Below, piece after piece: positions 21,724-32,204 of a DNA stretch of 64,000 nt. Origin of the DNA: an uncultured Acidobacteriaceae bacterium (lineage in GTDB: Bacteria > Acidobacteriota > Terriglobia > Terriglobales > Acidobacteriaceae). The stretch covers positions 316,147 through 380,146 of the forward strand of contig CAVUSW010000010.1 of assembly GCA_963744265.1 (NCBI GenBank), read 5' to 3'. The notes beneath the pieces are model-generated. The model made no database searches and was not told the DNA's origin. It saw only the letters and a list, made by a program, of their open reading frames with translations. Within the stretch, counting starts at the first letter, position 1. Every line of letters begins with the position of its first letter. Made by a program: the position numbers and the translations under genes.

Positions 21724-22816
21724 ATGGTTACGATTCAGGATGATCCAGCCAGGCTGCCCACTAACGGCTCAAATCAGCCCGCAGCAAGAATCGAATCTGT
21801 CGATCTGCTATTCTGCCCGCCGTGCCTCAAACAAACACGATCTGGCAGGTTGCCGACAATCAGCATTGTCGGACCGGGAAACCTGGGAACGGCGCTGGCC
21901 TTAACCTTGCCCGTCGGCGGGTTACGAGCTGAAGTTCATCGCCATCACGCGGTAGAGACCTCGCCGACCAGCGCATGCGAAAACTCTGGCGCGAACGCTT
22001 AAAGCGCGGCTGGTCGAGCTAGGGAAGCAGCCGCTGGAGACGGATATTGTCTGGATCACCGTGCCTGATGACGCGATCGCCGATGTGGCGAAAGTGCTGG
22101 CGCGGTCTCAGGAGTGGAAGGGCAAGGTGGTGTTTCACTCCAGCGGGGCGTTGACCAGCGATGAGCTTGCGCCCCTGCGCGACGAAGGGTGCGCGGGTGG
22201 CGCGGTGCATCCCATGATGACCTTCGTTCGCGGCGCGGCGCCGCAGATGGCCGGCGTGGCTTTCGCTCTGGAAGGCGACGCAGCGCGCAGTACGCGATGG
22301 CAAGTCGATTGTCGAGAGCCTGGGTGGCAAGGCGTTCTCCATCAGGAAAGAGAACAAAGTGCTGTATCACGTTTTCGGCAGCTTCGCTTCGCCGCTGGTC
22401 ATCGCGCTGATGGCTTCGCTGGAGCAGGTGGCTCTGGCAGCCGGTATTCGCAAACAGGATATCAAGCCCATCATGGTGCCGCTGCTGTGGCAGACACTGC
22501 ATAACTATCTGAAGCACGATGCGGCGGCGGCCTTCAGTGGCCCACTGGTTCGCGGCGACGTGGCGACGGTGCGCAAGCATCTGGCGGAGTTGAAGAAACT
22601 CCCCGAAGCTGCGGGCGAGTTTACGTCGCTCTGGCCAAAGCTGCACTGAAGAGTTTGCCGGTGAAGAATCGGAAGGCATTGGTTCGAGCTTTGACTGAGG
22701 CAGAAAGCAAGCTGACGCACCGGCAAGTCACCGAAGGCATGCGGGAGCTACGCCGGCGAGTCAAGGGTGACAAGATCAGCGTGCGTCAAATGGTGAAGGA
22801 AGGTAGGCGGTTTTGA
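21724..22816 (+). pseudogene. Rossmann-fold DUF2520-type putative oxidoreductase, with several frame breaks and an uncertain start
   Basis: ISIVGPGNLG dinucleotide-binding motif, then ..DIVWITVPDDAI.., ..AVHPMMTF.., ..SGPLVRGDVATVRKHL.. spread over three frames. The start is either ATG 21724 or TTG 21850. The restored stop is at 22814-22816. Confidence 0.55.
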
Positions 22817-22842
22817 AAGGATGAGACAAGCGAGACGGAAGT

Positions 22843-23509
22843 CTACCAACCCGTGAACAGATGCCCCATCTTTTCTTTTTTGGTGCGCAGGTAGGCTTCG
22901 GAGTGCTCGTAAGCCTCGACTTCGGCGGAGACGCGCTCCACTACCTTGATCCCCGCATTCTCCAGAGCCGCGACTTTGTCGGGATTGTTGGAGATGAGCC
23001 GGACTTCCTTTACGCCTAGCTGCCGCAGCATCTCGGCGGGAAGCTTGTATTCGCGATAATCGTTGTCGTAGCCGAGTTCGACGTTGGCTTCGACCGTGTC
23101 GAGACCTTTGTCCTGCAACTCATAGGCCTGCAGCTTGGCCATCAGTCCGATGCCGCGGCCCTCCTGCTGTTCATAGATCAGGATGCCCGCGCCGGCCTCG
23201 GTGATCATCGAGAGCGCCAGTTCGAGCTGCTGCCGGCAATCGCAGCGCATGGAGTGGAAGACGTCGCCGGTGAGGCATTGCGAATGGATGCGAACCAGCG
23301 GCGGCAGAGGAATGGATGTCGCCCATGACGAGAGCAATCGCCTCTTCTTTGCGAGGTTCGGACTTGCCCCGGCCGTTAGCGCCAGCCGCAGGCGACGATC
23401 CGCCGTTGCGAGGGGTTTCCAGCTCTCCTTCAAAGCCGTAGATGCGGAACTGTCCCCAGCGAGTGGGGAAGTTCGCCTCGGCTACTTTCTTGATAGCAGA
23501 ATGAGTCAC
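22843..23509 (-). pseudogene. ribA: GTP cyclohydrolase II, with one frame break
   Basis: ..VRIHSQCLTGDVFHSMRCDCRQQL.. and ..QEGRGIGL.. The N-terminal 80 aa are in another frame, with the break near 23320. Confidence 0.85.
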
Positions 23510-23598
23510 CCTTCGATTATAAGCTGCGGCTGGGTTTGGCGATGTTCAAGCGTCACAGCCAAGGCGTGCGAGCCGCACAGACTGCCGTTGCTTCACCA

Positions 23599-23627
23599 AT
23601 AAAAAGGGCGGCCGTAGCGGGCCGCCC
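23599..23627 (-). terminator. Rho-independent terminator after the FecR-like gene
   Basis: GGGCGGCC-6 nt loop-GGCCGCCC at 23606-23627. On the minus strand it is followed by TTTTT (plus-strand A-run 23601-23605). Confidence 0.6.
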
Positions 23628-23658
23628 AAGGTACTGCGGGTTCGATCACTGCTAATCG

Positions 23659-26171
23659 CTAGCGTCCGTGTCCTCCGCCGGAATGCCCTCCACCGCCACC
23701 GCTGTGCGAGCCACCACCACCGCCGTGATAGCCTCCGCCACCGCCGGAGGCGTGATAGCCGCCGCTGGAGCCGCCCGAGGAGTGCGGCGCCGAATAAGAA
23801 CCCATGCTGCGGCCCGAATACATCGGGCTGGAACCATAACTCCGGCTGGCGGAATAGGTTGGCGTAGAGCCATAAGAACGGCTCGCGCCATAGCCGGAGT
23901 ACGCGCTACGGCTTCCTGCGCCGTAACTGGATCCCGCGTAAGAGCTGCGGCTGCTTCCACCGGAGTAGCTGCTAGCCCCGTGCGCTCCATAGGACGAGGA
24001 CGCCGAGTAGGCTGGCGCGGCGTGATATGAGTAGCCAGAAGGCGGCCGGGGTACCGACATCGCGCTCCGCTCGCTTGACGAACCGCTGCTGTGCGAGCCG
24101 CTTTGAGGAGCCGCCTGATGCGACGGGCTTGAATGCTGCTGCGTTCCAGTCGAACGACTCGGCGGAGACGACTGCGACGACCGTGATTCCGAGTTGTTCG
24201 CACCGTAGTGCTGGTTGTTGCCCGTAGCAGCATTGTTCTGCGCGACGTTTGCCGTCCCATGGTTATTCGTGGCGCTGCCGTTGGAGCGCGCGAAGCTATC
24301 GTTGCTTGCCGGCGGACGCGGAACGTTGTGGGTTGACGACGCCTGGCCGTTCGTCGCGGATGAGGTCTGACCATGGTTGGTCGTAGTCATTCCTCCGGCC
24401 GAAGGCGGACGCGGTACGTAATGCCCGCCAGCCGGGTTGCTCGGAGTCGTGGCCCGGGCCATCTCATTGTTGCCGCCGGCCTGCGAGTGCGAAGCATTTT
24501 GTGCTGCACCGGAATTTGCTGTCGTTCCACGCGATGCTTCCGTACTTGCCCCGTGGTTTGCAGCAGGCGCGCTGTTGGTGTGGACGGCAGCTGTTTCGTT
24601 GCCGCCAAATTTTGCCGGACCAGCAGGCGGCCGTGCGTTGGTGACAACGCTGCGGCTAGCCGACGACGAAGGAACACCTGTGGTGCGCGGCGTTTGCCCA
24701 CCCAGAACTGAAGACTTTGTTGGGTTGACATTGGCCGTGCTCATCAGCTGGCCTTTTCCAATTGCGGAGGCGGGTACAGCTCCGCCAACTTTGTTGACAG
24801 CCGCTCCTGAAGTGAAAGCCGATCTGGACGCTGAAGTCACGCCATTTCTCATTACCGCGTCCGTGTTGCGGGCGTTTCCGAGATTGTTGTGGTAGTAGTT
24901 GTTCGTAATATTGGTGATGTTGGTGATGCGCGTATTCGTAATGTTGACATTGCGGAAGTACGAGTTGCTGACATAGCCACCACCGCGATACCAGCCGCCG
25001 CGTCCCCATCCACAGTAGCGCGGGTAGAAGGGCTCACCCCAGCCCAACGGAACCAACCGAAACCTACGCCGATGCCGAAGCCCCAGCCTCCGCCGAAACC
25101 AAAGCCGATGCCGAAGCCCGGTCCACCGATCCAGCCCACCAGCGCAGGCGCGTAGTACGGATTCCAGTAGCCGCCATCAGGACCAGGCGCCCATCCCCAG
25201 CCTCCGCCGTAGGAAACCCAGCGGCCATAGTGGAAGGGAGCGAATCCCCACGGCTGATCATCGACCCAGGTCCAGCCCCAGGGAGCAATCCAGGCCCAAT
25301 GCCCGAAGCGATACGGTGCCCAACCCGCAGGTACGGAGGTGGGGACCCATACGGCGCCGTAGGTCGGAGCCTGTACCCAGTTGCCGTAAGCGTCGAGGTC
25401 CTGATAGCCAATCACGCCGGGCGAGACGTAGCGGGCCGAGACCGAATCGTCGAGCCGCTTGTCGCGAACTTGTGCCCAGTCTTCAAAGCCATCGCGCGCA
25501 GGGGCGGCGTAAGCCGTATGCTGCAGCGAATTGTCACCGCTGAAGCGGATCTGCATGCCGGAGTTCACCCGAACTGCCGGTCCCTTGCCCGTCGCCTGGC
25601 CGTAACCACTGCGAACCGTGACCCAACTCTGGTCCTGGTTGGGATACACATCGAAGCGATACACGCCAGCCTTCATTACGGTGAAGGCAAAATTGGGAGT
25701 ATCAACCTCATAGACCTCGCCACTTTGCAAATGGCGAACGGTGAGGGCCAACGTGCCCTGATCGAGTTCGATCTGCACGGTGCTGTCGCTGACATTGGTC
25801 AACGTCACGCTGGTTTCCGAGTTCATGCGCAGGAAGCCGTCGCCGACGTTTAACTCGGCGCGCGAATCCTTGTCGGTCCAGACACGGTCAGCCGTAGTGA
25901 GCGGCCGATTCATGCTGGCTGCGACCCAGTCGTTCACGCCTCCCGGCTGCATCGAAACTTGGCCTGTCATGTACTGCACGCGAGCTACGCGACCTGGAGG
26001 ATCCTGCTGCTGTCCGCCCTGTCCAGGGTCGCCCTGCTGCATGGGAACATTGGCCGGTGGCGGAGCAGTGTTCTGGTCCTGGTCCTGATCTTGCGCCAAG
26101 ACCGATCCCGCCAGCACGGTAACTAACAGCAGCGCTGCGAATACGCATCCAAACCGCCGCCGTAATCTCAT
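23659..26171 (-). pseudogene. FecR/DUF6600-like exported protein with a roughly 400 aa low-complexity Ser/Gly/Ala/Asn/Tyr tail, with one frame break
   Basis: Signal peptide MRLRRRFGCVFAALLLVTVLAGSVLAQ, a FecR-like beta-rich domain and a W/G/P-rich segment. The break near 25050 separates ..GFGW from PLGWGEPFYP.. The tail ends GGGGGYHGGGGGSHSGGGGGHSGGGHGR. Confidence 0.6.
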
Positions 26172-26560
26172 TTTGAATCTCCTGTTGCCTCCGACCCTAC
26201 CGCTTATCGTGGTCATCGAGGCGAACTTCCTAAAAGCGCAGCACGCCAAAACCCTCGTGTCTGTCATATCTGTAAACCCTACATTTGTCGAGGTGTTTCG
26301 CGTGTTCTTTTTATATAGATGCAGGACAAATCTACATGGAGGCTAAATTGCGATGGCCCGAATGGTGGGCACGGCAATGGCCGTTTTAGGCGTCGAACGC
26401 TGCATTCGCTGGAACCAGCAGTTCTGTCGGCCGTATGCTCCGATGTCGCGCTGGCGCCTTCTGGCAGACAGAGTTTCGGGAGCATATCGTCCCGATTGCG
26501 GAGGTGTCGCGGGATATAATCCTTGGCCGCATGGTCATCTCCAACTTAGAAAGGCGCTCC

Positions 26561-28765
26561 ATGACGCTTCGTGCATTCGTGTGTCGTCTAACTTTTGCAT
26601 GCTTAGCTGTTCTGCTCGAGGTTTTCGCTTTCGCCCAGACACCGAGTATTCCCGCTCCGCCGCTGGCGCCGCGGCATCCGGTGACCGACACTTATCAAGG
26701 CGTAACGGTTATCGACGATTATCGCTGGCTGGAAGATTGGAATGATCCCGCCGTCAAGAAATGGAGCGCAGCGGAGAACGCCCGCACTCGCGAATATCTC
26801 GATCATCTGCCGGAGCGAGCAGCGATCAGGGAACGATTGCAGCAACTGATTGCTGCCAGCTCGGGACAATATTTCGATGCTCGGGAGCGCGGTGAGGTTC
26901 TGTTCGCCATGAAAGCGCAACCTCCGAAGCAGCAAGCCTTCCTGGTGATGTTGCCTTCGCCGGACAAGCCCGGCGCGGAGAAGATTGTGGTTGATCCCAA
27001 CGCCATGGGTAAGGGTGGCTCGACCGCCCTCGACTTCTATGTTCCGTCGCTGGATGGAAAGCTGGTCGCGGTTTCGTTGTCGGAAGGAGGCTCGGAAGAT
27101 GGCACCGCTCACGTTTTCGAAGTGGCAACCGGCAAGGAATTGGCGGACACAGTTCCACGCGTGAACTTCGCGACGGCAGGCGGCAGCATCGAGTGGAACA
27201 AAGACAGCACCGGCTTCTACTACACGCGCTATCCGCAGGGGAACGAGCGCCCGGCCGACGACGCGAACTTCTATCAGCAGGTTTACTTTCACAAGCTGGG
27301 CACCGACAGCAACCAGGACACTTACGTCATCGGCAAGAATTTTCCCCGTATTGCCGAAATTCAGTTGCATGCTAGCGATGACGGGCTGTGGCTGCTGGCG
27401 ACGGTCGCTAACGGAGACGGCGGCGAGTTTGCACACTACTTAATGAACTCGTCCGGACAATGGACACAGGTAACCCATTTCGCAGACGCAATCGTCTCTG
27501 CCAAGCTGGGAACAAACGGTGACGCTGCGTTATACCTGCTCTCGCGCAAGGATGCTCCGCGCGGTAAAGTATTGCGGTTGTCCCTGGCAGATACTGCACT
27601 GGCAAAGGCGCAACTCCTGGTCCCACAAAGCTCGGGAGTCGGGTCGAGTGACAGCGCTCGCGCTTCTATCGATGCAATCGTGCCGGCGGCCACGCGGCTC
27701 TTCGTGCGCGAAATGATCGGCGGACCTTCACGGGTCCGCATCTTCGATCACCAGGGCCACGAGACCGGCACGCTGCCTGCGCCTGCCGTCTCTGGCGTGA
27801 GCGAAATAGCCCATACCACAGGCGACAATGTGCTGTACGAAGTTTCGACGTATCTGGAACCCCCGGCGTGGTATAGCTACGACTCGTCGAATGGAAAATC
27901 GAAACGCACGGCCATCTCGGCGACCTCGCCCATTAAGTTTGACGACGCCGAAGTAGTTCGCGAGTTTGCCGTTTCCAAGGATGGCACTCGGGTTCCGGTG
28001 AATATCATCCGCCGCAAGAACGCGAAGCTCAACGGCAAGAATCCCACGCTGCTAGAGGGCTACGGTGGATTCAACATCAGCATGACCCCGGAGTTTATGG
28101 GCTCGTTTGGACGGATGTGGCTGGACCAGGGTGGAGTCTATGCGATTGCCAACCTGCGCGGCGGCGGCGAATACGGCGAAGAGTGGCACGACGCAGGGAA
28201 CCTTACGCACAAACAAAATGTGTTTGACGACTTCATCGCTTGTGCGGAGTATCTCATCCAGCAGAGCTACACATCGCCGGCCCATCTGGCAATTATGGGA
28301 GGTAGTAATGGCGGTTTGCTGATGGGCGCGGTATTCACGCAACGCCCCGATCTTTTCCGCGCGGTGGTTTCGTATGTCGGCGTCTACGACATGCTCCGAG
28401 TGGAGTTGGACCCGAACGGCGCTTTCAATACCACTGAGTTCGGGACAGTAAAGGATCCGGAACAATTCAAGGCTTTGTATGCATATTCGCCCTACCACAG
28501 GGTGCAAGACGGGGCCAGCTATCCGGCCATTCTGCTTTTGACCGGAGAGAACGATCATCGCGTGAACCCCATGAACTCGCGCAAGATGACAGCGCGCCTG
28601 CAAGCGGCGAATGGTTCAAGTCATCCAATTCTGCTGCGCACTTCGTCGAATGCCGGACACGGCATTGGCACCGCCCTGGATGAGACGATTGGGGAGGGGA
28701 CCGATGTGTTCTGCTTCCTCTTCGATCAGTTGGGGATTAAGTACAGTCCGCCGTCCATAAAGTGA
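26561..28765 (+). CDS. Prolyl oligopeptidase (S9A family), exported
   Basis: Signal peptide MTLRAFVCRLTFACLAVLLEVFAFAQ, beta-propeller region and the catalytic Ser motif GGSNGGLL. The start at 26561 was chosen over the track start at 26435. Confidence 0.85.
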   Translation: MTLRAFVCRLTFACLAVLLEVFAFAQTPSIPAPPLAPRHPVTDTYQGVTVIDDYRWLEDWNDPAVKKWSAAENARTREYLDHLPERAAIRERLQQLIAASSGQYFDARERGEVLFAMKAQPPKQQAFLVMLPSPDKPGAEKIVVDPNAMGKGGSTALDFYVPSLDGKLVAVSLSEGGSEDGTAHVFEVATGKELADTVPRVNFATAGGSIEWNKDSTGFYYTRYPQGNERPADDANFYQQVYFHKLGTDSNQDTYVIGKNFPRIAEIQLHASDDGLWLLATVANGDGGEFAHYLMNSSGQWTQVTHFADAIVSAKLGTNGDAALYLLSRKDAPRGKVLRLSLADTALAKAQLLVPQSSGVGSSDSARASIDAIVPAATRLFVREMIGGPSRVRIFDHQGHETGTLPAPAVSGVSEIAHTTGDNVLYEVSTYLEPPAWYSYDSSNGKSKRTAISATSPIKFDDAEVVREFAVSKDGTRVPVNIIRRKNAKLNGKNPTLLEGYGGFNISMTPEFMGSFGRMWLDQGGVYAIANLRGGGEYGEEWHDAGNLTHKQNVFDDFIACAEYLIQQSYTSPAHLAIMGGSNGGLLMGAVFTQRPDLFRAVVSYVGVYDMLRVELDPNGAFNTTEFGTVKDPEQFKALYAYSPYHRVQDGASYPAILLLTGENDHRVNPMNSRKMTARLQAANGSSHPILLRTSSNAGHGIGTALDETIGEGTDVFCFLFDQLGIKYSPPSIK

Positions 28766-28932
28766 GATACAGCAGCCGAGGTGCGTAGGGGACTCGACTA
28801 GCGACATCTATCGCCTGGGTTAGAGCGCAGCCGGCATCATCCCACAGTCGCCGATAAATAAGACTTCTGCGGGTCATAAAGATTTCCGATGGGGAATACT
28901 GTGTCGTCCGGGCGTGGGCCGCGATCTACTGA

Positions 28933-29907
28933 TTGCGATGGGCTGCAATAGCCCGTTGGGAGCCCGCAATGGATCTCGCAAGTCGCCCACCGACATGGAA
29001 GGTTCTGCTGGCCTTTGCCATCGTCTACTTCGTTTGGGGCTCGACATATCTTGCTATTCGCGTGGGGGTGCGGGAGGTTCCTCCTTTTCTTCTGGCTGGA
29101 ATGAGGTTCCTGCTGGCCGGCGGCGTTCTCTACGGATGGATGCGAGCCAAGGGAACAACTTCGCCTACCGGCCGTGAGTGGTTTTCGGCGTCGCTGCTGG
29201 GGGTGCTGATTTTCGTGCTCGACTATGGGCTTGTCTTCTGGGCTGAGCGACGAGTGCCATCGGGGATCACCGCCGTGATGATGGCGACCATCCCTCTGTT
29301 CATGGCTTTGTCGGAAATTCTCTTTCTCCGAACCCAAAAGCTCACGGCACGGCTGGGGTTCGCGCTGCTGGTGGGCCTTGGTGGCGTGGCCGTTCTGGTA
29401 AGTCACTCGCTGAGCTTTGGCGATGTTCCGGTTGATACTTCCGGGGCGATTGCGCTCGTAGTGGCGGCGATGAGTTGGTCGGTCGCTTCCGCGCTCACCC
29501 GCAAGTTGCCGCTGCCCGCTTCCAAGCCCATGAGTTCCGGCGCGCAGATGCTCTGCGGAGGCGTGTTGCTCACACTCACCGCAGCTGCCCTAGGCGAGTT
29601 TCGCGGATTCCACCCACAGACGGCTTCGCGCGGAGCCTGGATGGCGCTTGCCTACCTCGTGGTTGCCGGATCGATCATCGCCTTCACTGCGTATGTGTGG
29701 CTGATCCACCATGAGTCGCCAACCAAAGTGGGGACTTATGCCTACGTCAATCCCGTCGTAGCGGTGGCGCTGGGCTACTTTCTCGGCGGGGAAGTGGTGG
29801 GCCCCCGAACTGTGCTTGGGACATTACTGGTGCTGGTGAGCGTGGTGGTGATTACGACCACGCCCGCTAGAAAGCCGGCAACAAAGTTGGCTGAAGAGGC
29901 CTCTTGA
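28933..29907 (+). CDS. EamA/DMT-family transporter
   Basis: Ten predicted TM helices and duplicated EamA pattern. The start may be the internal ATG at 28969. Confidence 0.8.
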   Translation: MRWAAIARWEPAMDLASRPPTWKVLLAFAIVYFVWGSTYLAIRVGVREVPPFLLAGMRFLLAGGVLYGWMRAKGTTSPTGREWFSASLLGVLIFVLDYGLVFWAERRVPSGITAVMMATIPLFMALSEILFLRTQKLTARLGFALLVGLGGVAVLVSHSLSFGDVPVDTSGAIALVVAAMSWSVASALTRKLPLPASKPMSSGAQMLCGGVLLTLTAAALGEFRGFHPQTASRGAWMALAYLVVAGSIIAFTAYVWLIHHESPTKVGTYAYVNPVVAVALGYFLGGEVVGPRTVLGTLLVLVSVVVITTTPARKPATKLAEEAS

Positions 29908-29981
29908 CCAAGCCTCGAAACCGCAGATCGATGCCAGGAATGAAAAATCGGGTAAAGTAGTTAGCCAATGGGAGGCGGCCT

Positions 29982-30899
29982 ATGACGATAGAGCCCGGAC
30001 ATTCCAGTGCCGGTAGTCAAGATTTGCCAGCGTTGCCTTTTGATTCATGGAAGGACACGCAGGCAACGTTGCACATGTGGACGCAGGTTGTCGGCAAAGT
30101 CCGGCTGGAGCTTTGTCCGCTGGTGAATCACTGGTGGAATGTGCCGTTTTATGTGACCGCTCGTGGCCTGACAAGTTCTCCGATGCCTTCCGGTGATCGT
30201 ACGGTTGAGGTTTGCTTCGACTTTATCGACCACAAACTGCTGATCGATACCAACGACGGACAGCATCGCGAGCTGGCCCTGAAGCCGCAGGGCGTCGCGG
30301 AATTTTACCGGTCTTTCATGGCGTCTCTGTTGGACCTGGGCGTGCCGGTGAAAATCTGGACCACTCCCTGCGAAATTCCCAACCCTATTCCGTTCGAGAA
30401 AGACAATCAACATGCCACCTACGACGCGGACAGTGCGCACACGTTTTGGCACATTCTGACCTGGGTTGATTCGGTCTTCAAGGAATTCAGGTCGCCGTTT
30501 GTGGGCAAGGCAAGCCCGGTACATTTCTTCTGGGGCAGCTTCGATTTAGCTGTTACTCGTTTTTCCGGAAGGCGGGCGCCGGAAAGGCCAGGTGCAGATC
30601 CCGTCACCCGAGAGGCATATTCGCACGAGGTCAGCAGCGCTGGATTCTGGCCGGGCGGTGGCGACATCAAAGGCCCAGCTTTTTATTCTTATGCGGCGCC
30701 GGAGCCGCTGGGCTATGCGGAGCAACGAGTTCTACCGCAGAGCGCTTTCTACCATCCGCAAATCAAAGAGTTTCTGCTGATGTACGACGATGTGCGAAGC
30801 GCCAACTCTCCTAAAGCCGCCTTGATGGACTTTTTGCGGAGTACTTATGACGCGGCTGCCAATTTGGGCAAATGGGACCGCAAAGAGCTGGAACGCTAA
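29982..30899 (+). CDS. Conserved hypothetical protein, DUF5996-like
   Basis: The N-terminal pattern ..LPFDSWKDTQATLHMWTQVVGKVRLELCPLVNHWWNVPFYVTARGLTSSP.. matches my recollection of the DUF5996 family. This call is from memory only. Confidence 0.55.
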   Translation: MTIEPGHSSAGSQDLPALPFDSWKDTQATLHMWTQVVGKVRLELCPLVNHWWNVPFYVTARGLTSSPMPSGDRTVEVCFDFIDHKLLIDTNDGQHRELALKPQGVAEFYRSFMASLLDLGVPVKIWTTPCEIPNPIPFEKDNQHATYDADSAHTFWHILTWVDSVFKEFRSPFVGKASPVHFFWGSFDLAVTRFSGRRAPERPGADPVTREAYSHEVSSAGFWPGGGDIKGPAFYSYAAPEPLGYAEQRVLPQSAFYHPQIKEFLLMYDDVRSANSPKAALMDFLRSTYDAAANLGKWDRKELER

Positions 30900-30915
30900 A
30901 TCACTGGAGGAGCAA

Positions 30916-31188
30916 ATGGCAGAATCCTGTAGTCATCTCGATCAGATTAAAGTTACGCACACCGATATTCACGTTTGCCCGGAATGCGTCAAGTTAGGCG
31001 ATACCTGGGTACATCTGCGGCTCTGCCTGGAATGTGGACATGTGGGCTGCTGCGACTCATCCAAGAACAAGCATGCGACCAAACACTTCCATAGAGTGAA
31101 GCATCCCCTGATTCGCTCCATTGAGCCGGGAGAGGCCTGGATATGGTGCTACGTGGATGACGTCTCCCCGGGGGAGCTGCCCAACTAA
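30916..31188 (+). CDS. UBP-type zinc-finger domain protein
   Basis: GGAGG Shine-Dalgarno sequence. The Cys/His spacing is C..C(13)W..LRLCLECGHVGCCDSSKNKHATKHF..VKH. Confidence 0.7.
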   Translation: MAESCSHLDQIKVTHTDIHVCPECVKLGDTWVHLRLCLECGHVGCCDSSKNKHATKHFHRVKHPLIRSIEPGEAWIWCYVDDVSPGELPN

Positions 31189-31216
31189 GCCCGCGAATCT
31201 ATTGCGTGCCTTGAAC

Positions 31217-32002
31217 CTAGGTTCCGACCACTACACCTCCATCCACCGACAGCACAGTGCCGGTGATGAAGGCAGCGCCGTCGGAGGCCAGCCAGCAATA
31301 GGCGTTGGCGATGTCTTCCGGTTTGCCCAGCCGTCCCAGAGGCGTGTGCGAAACCATAACATCCAGAATCTTCTCGGGCATCTGCTTGACCATCTCGGTG
31401 CCGATATAGCCGGGAGCCACGGCGTTCACCCGTATGTGATGCCGTCCCAATTCGCGCGCCCAGGTCTTGGTCATGCCGATCACCGCAGCTTTGGAGGCAA
31501 TGTAGTTGGTCTGGCCGAAGTTGCCGTAGATGCCAACCACCGAAGAAGCGTTGAGCACGACGCCGCCACCTCCGGCGATCATTTGTGGGACCACGGCGCG
31601 GGTGCAGACGAAGACGCCTTTCAGGTTGACATCGATTACGGCTTCAAACTGCTCGTCGCTCATGCTGGAGACCACAGCGCCATCCTTAACCTTCACCAGC
31701 AGCCCATCGCGCAAGATCCCCGCGTTGTTCACCATGACATCGATACGTTTCCACCGGCCGACCACCTCGTCAACCGCGCCCTGCACGGACTGTGAGTCGG
31801 TTACGTTGACCTTACGGAAGAGCGCCTCGGCGGCACCGTTATCTCCCAACTCTTTCAACAGTTCTTCCGAAGTGTTGTCATTTACATCCCAGGCGGCGAC
31901 TCGGGCGCCTTCCTGCGCGAAGCGGAATGCCGTGGCGCGGCCGATACCGCTGGCGGCGCCGGTGACGATGACAACTTTGTTACGCAGACCCGACTCTTTC
32001 AT
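31217..32002 (-). CDS. Short-chain dehydrogenase/reductase, 3-oxoacyl-ACP reductase-like
   Basis: GGAGG Shine-Dalgarno sequence. VTGAASGIGRA (TGxxxGxG), NNAG and YIASK (YxxxK). The track ORF start at 32272 is an upstream extension. Confidence 0.85.
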   Translation of the reverse strand: MKESGLRNKVVIVTGAASGIGRATAFRFAQEGARVAAWDVNDNTSEELLKELGDNGAAEALFRKVNVTDSQSVQGAVDEVVGRWKRIDVMVNNAGILRDGLLVKVKDGAVVSSMSDEQFEAVIDVNLKGVFVCTRAVVPQMIAGGGGVVLNASSVVGIYGNFGQTNYIASKAAVIGMTKTWARELGRHHIRVNAVAPGYIGTEMVKQMPEKILDVMVSHTPLGRLGKPEDIANAYCWLASDGAAFITGTVLSVDGGVVVGT

Positions 32003-32204
32003 GAATCCTCCAAAAGCAATGGCCATCGGCATGCAGCGCTGCTGCATTGGATTGCAGCTGCAGGCACTGCTTGATGTAAGGGCCAAGTCACACGATACAT
32101 CAGGGGAGCACATCTCACGCGCAACTGGTGGTGACATCACGATGCCGGGTGATGGATTACGAGGCACTTCGGGGAATGGCACTGGTTGCTTTATCCTGAT
32201 GCCT

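Noticed and set aside
23510-23598. An FMN riboswitch upstream of ribA, and other riboswitches upstream of nadE or near CTGAGA at about 44765.
   Set aside because: The ribA leader is under 90 nt and mostly occupied by the neighbouring terminator. I could not recognise conserved riboswitch cores in any of these spacers.
23652-24374. Alternative-frame ORFs over the low-complexity tail of the FecR-like gene (Arg/Thr/Ala-rich, 240 aa) and over the Thr-rich gene (46708-47361, 46979-47332).
   Set aside because: These are products of compositionally biased repeats being open in several frames. The frames I chose connect to a signal peptide or a recognisable domain.
31530-32204. The 5' extension of the ftcD track ORF (715 aa) across the SDR gene. 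Similar upstream extensions occur at 32003-32272, 26435-26560, 16395-16712 and 44743-44913.
   Set aside because: The extensions overlap a well-supported gene on the other strand or lack signal-peptide or motif logic. Internal starts with an RBS, a signal peptide or the family N-terminus fit better.
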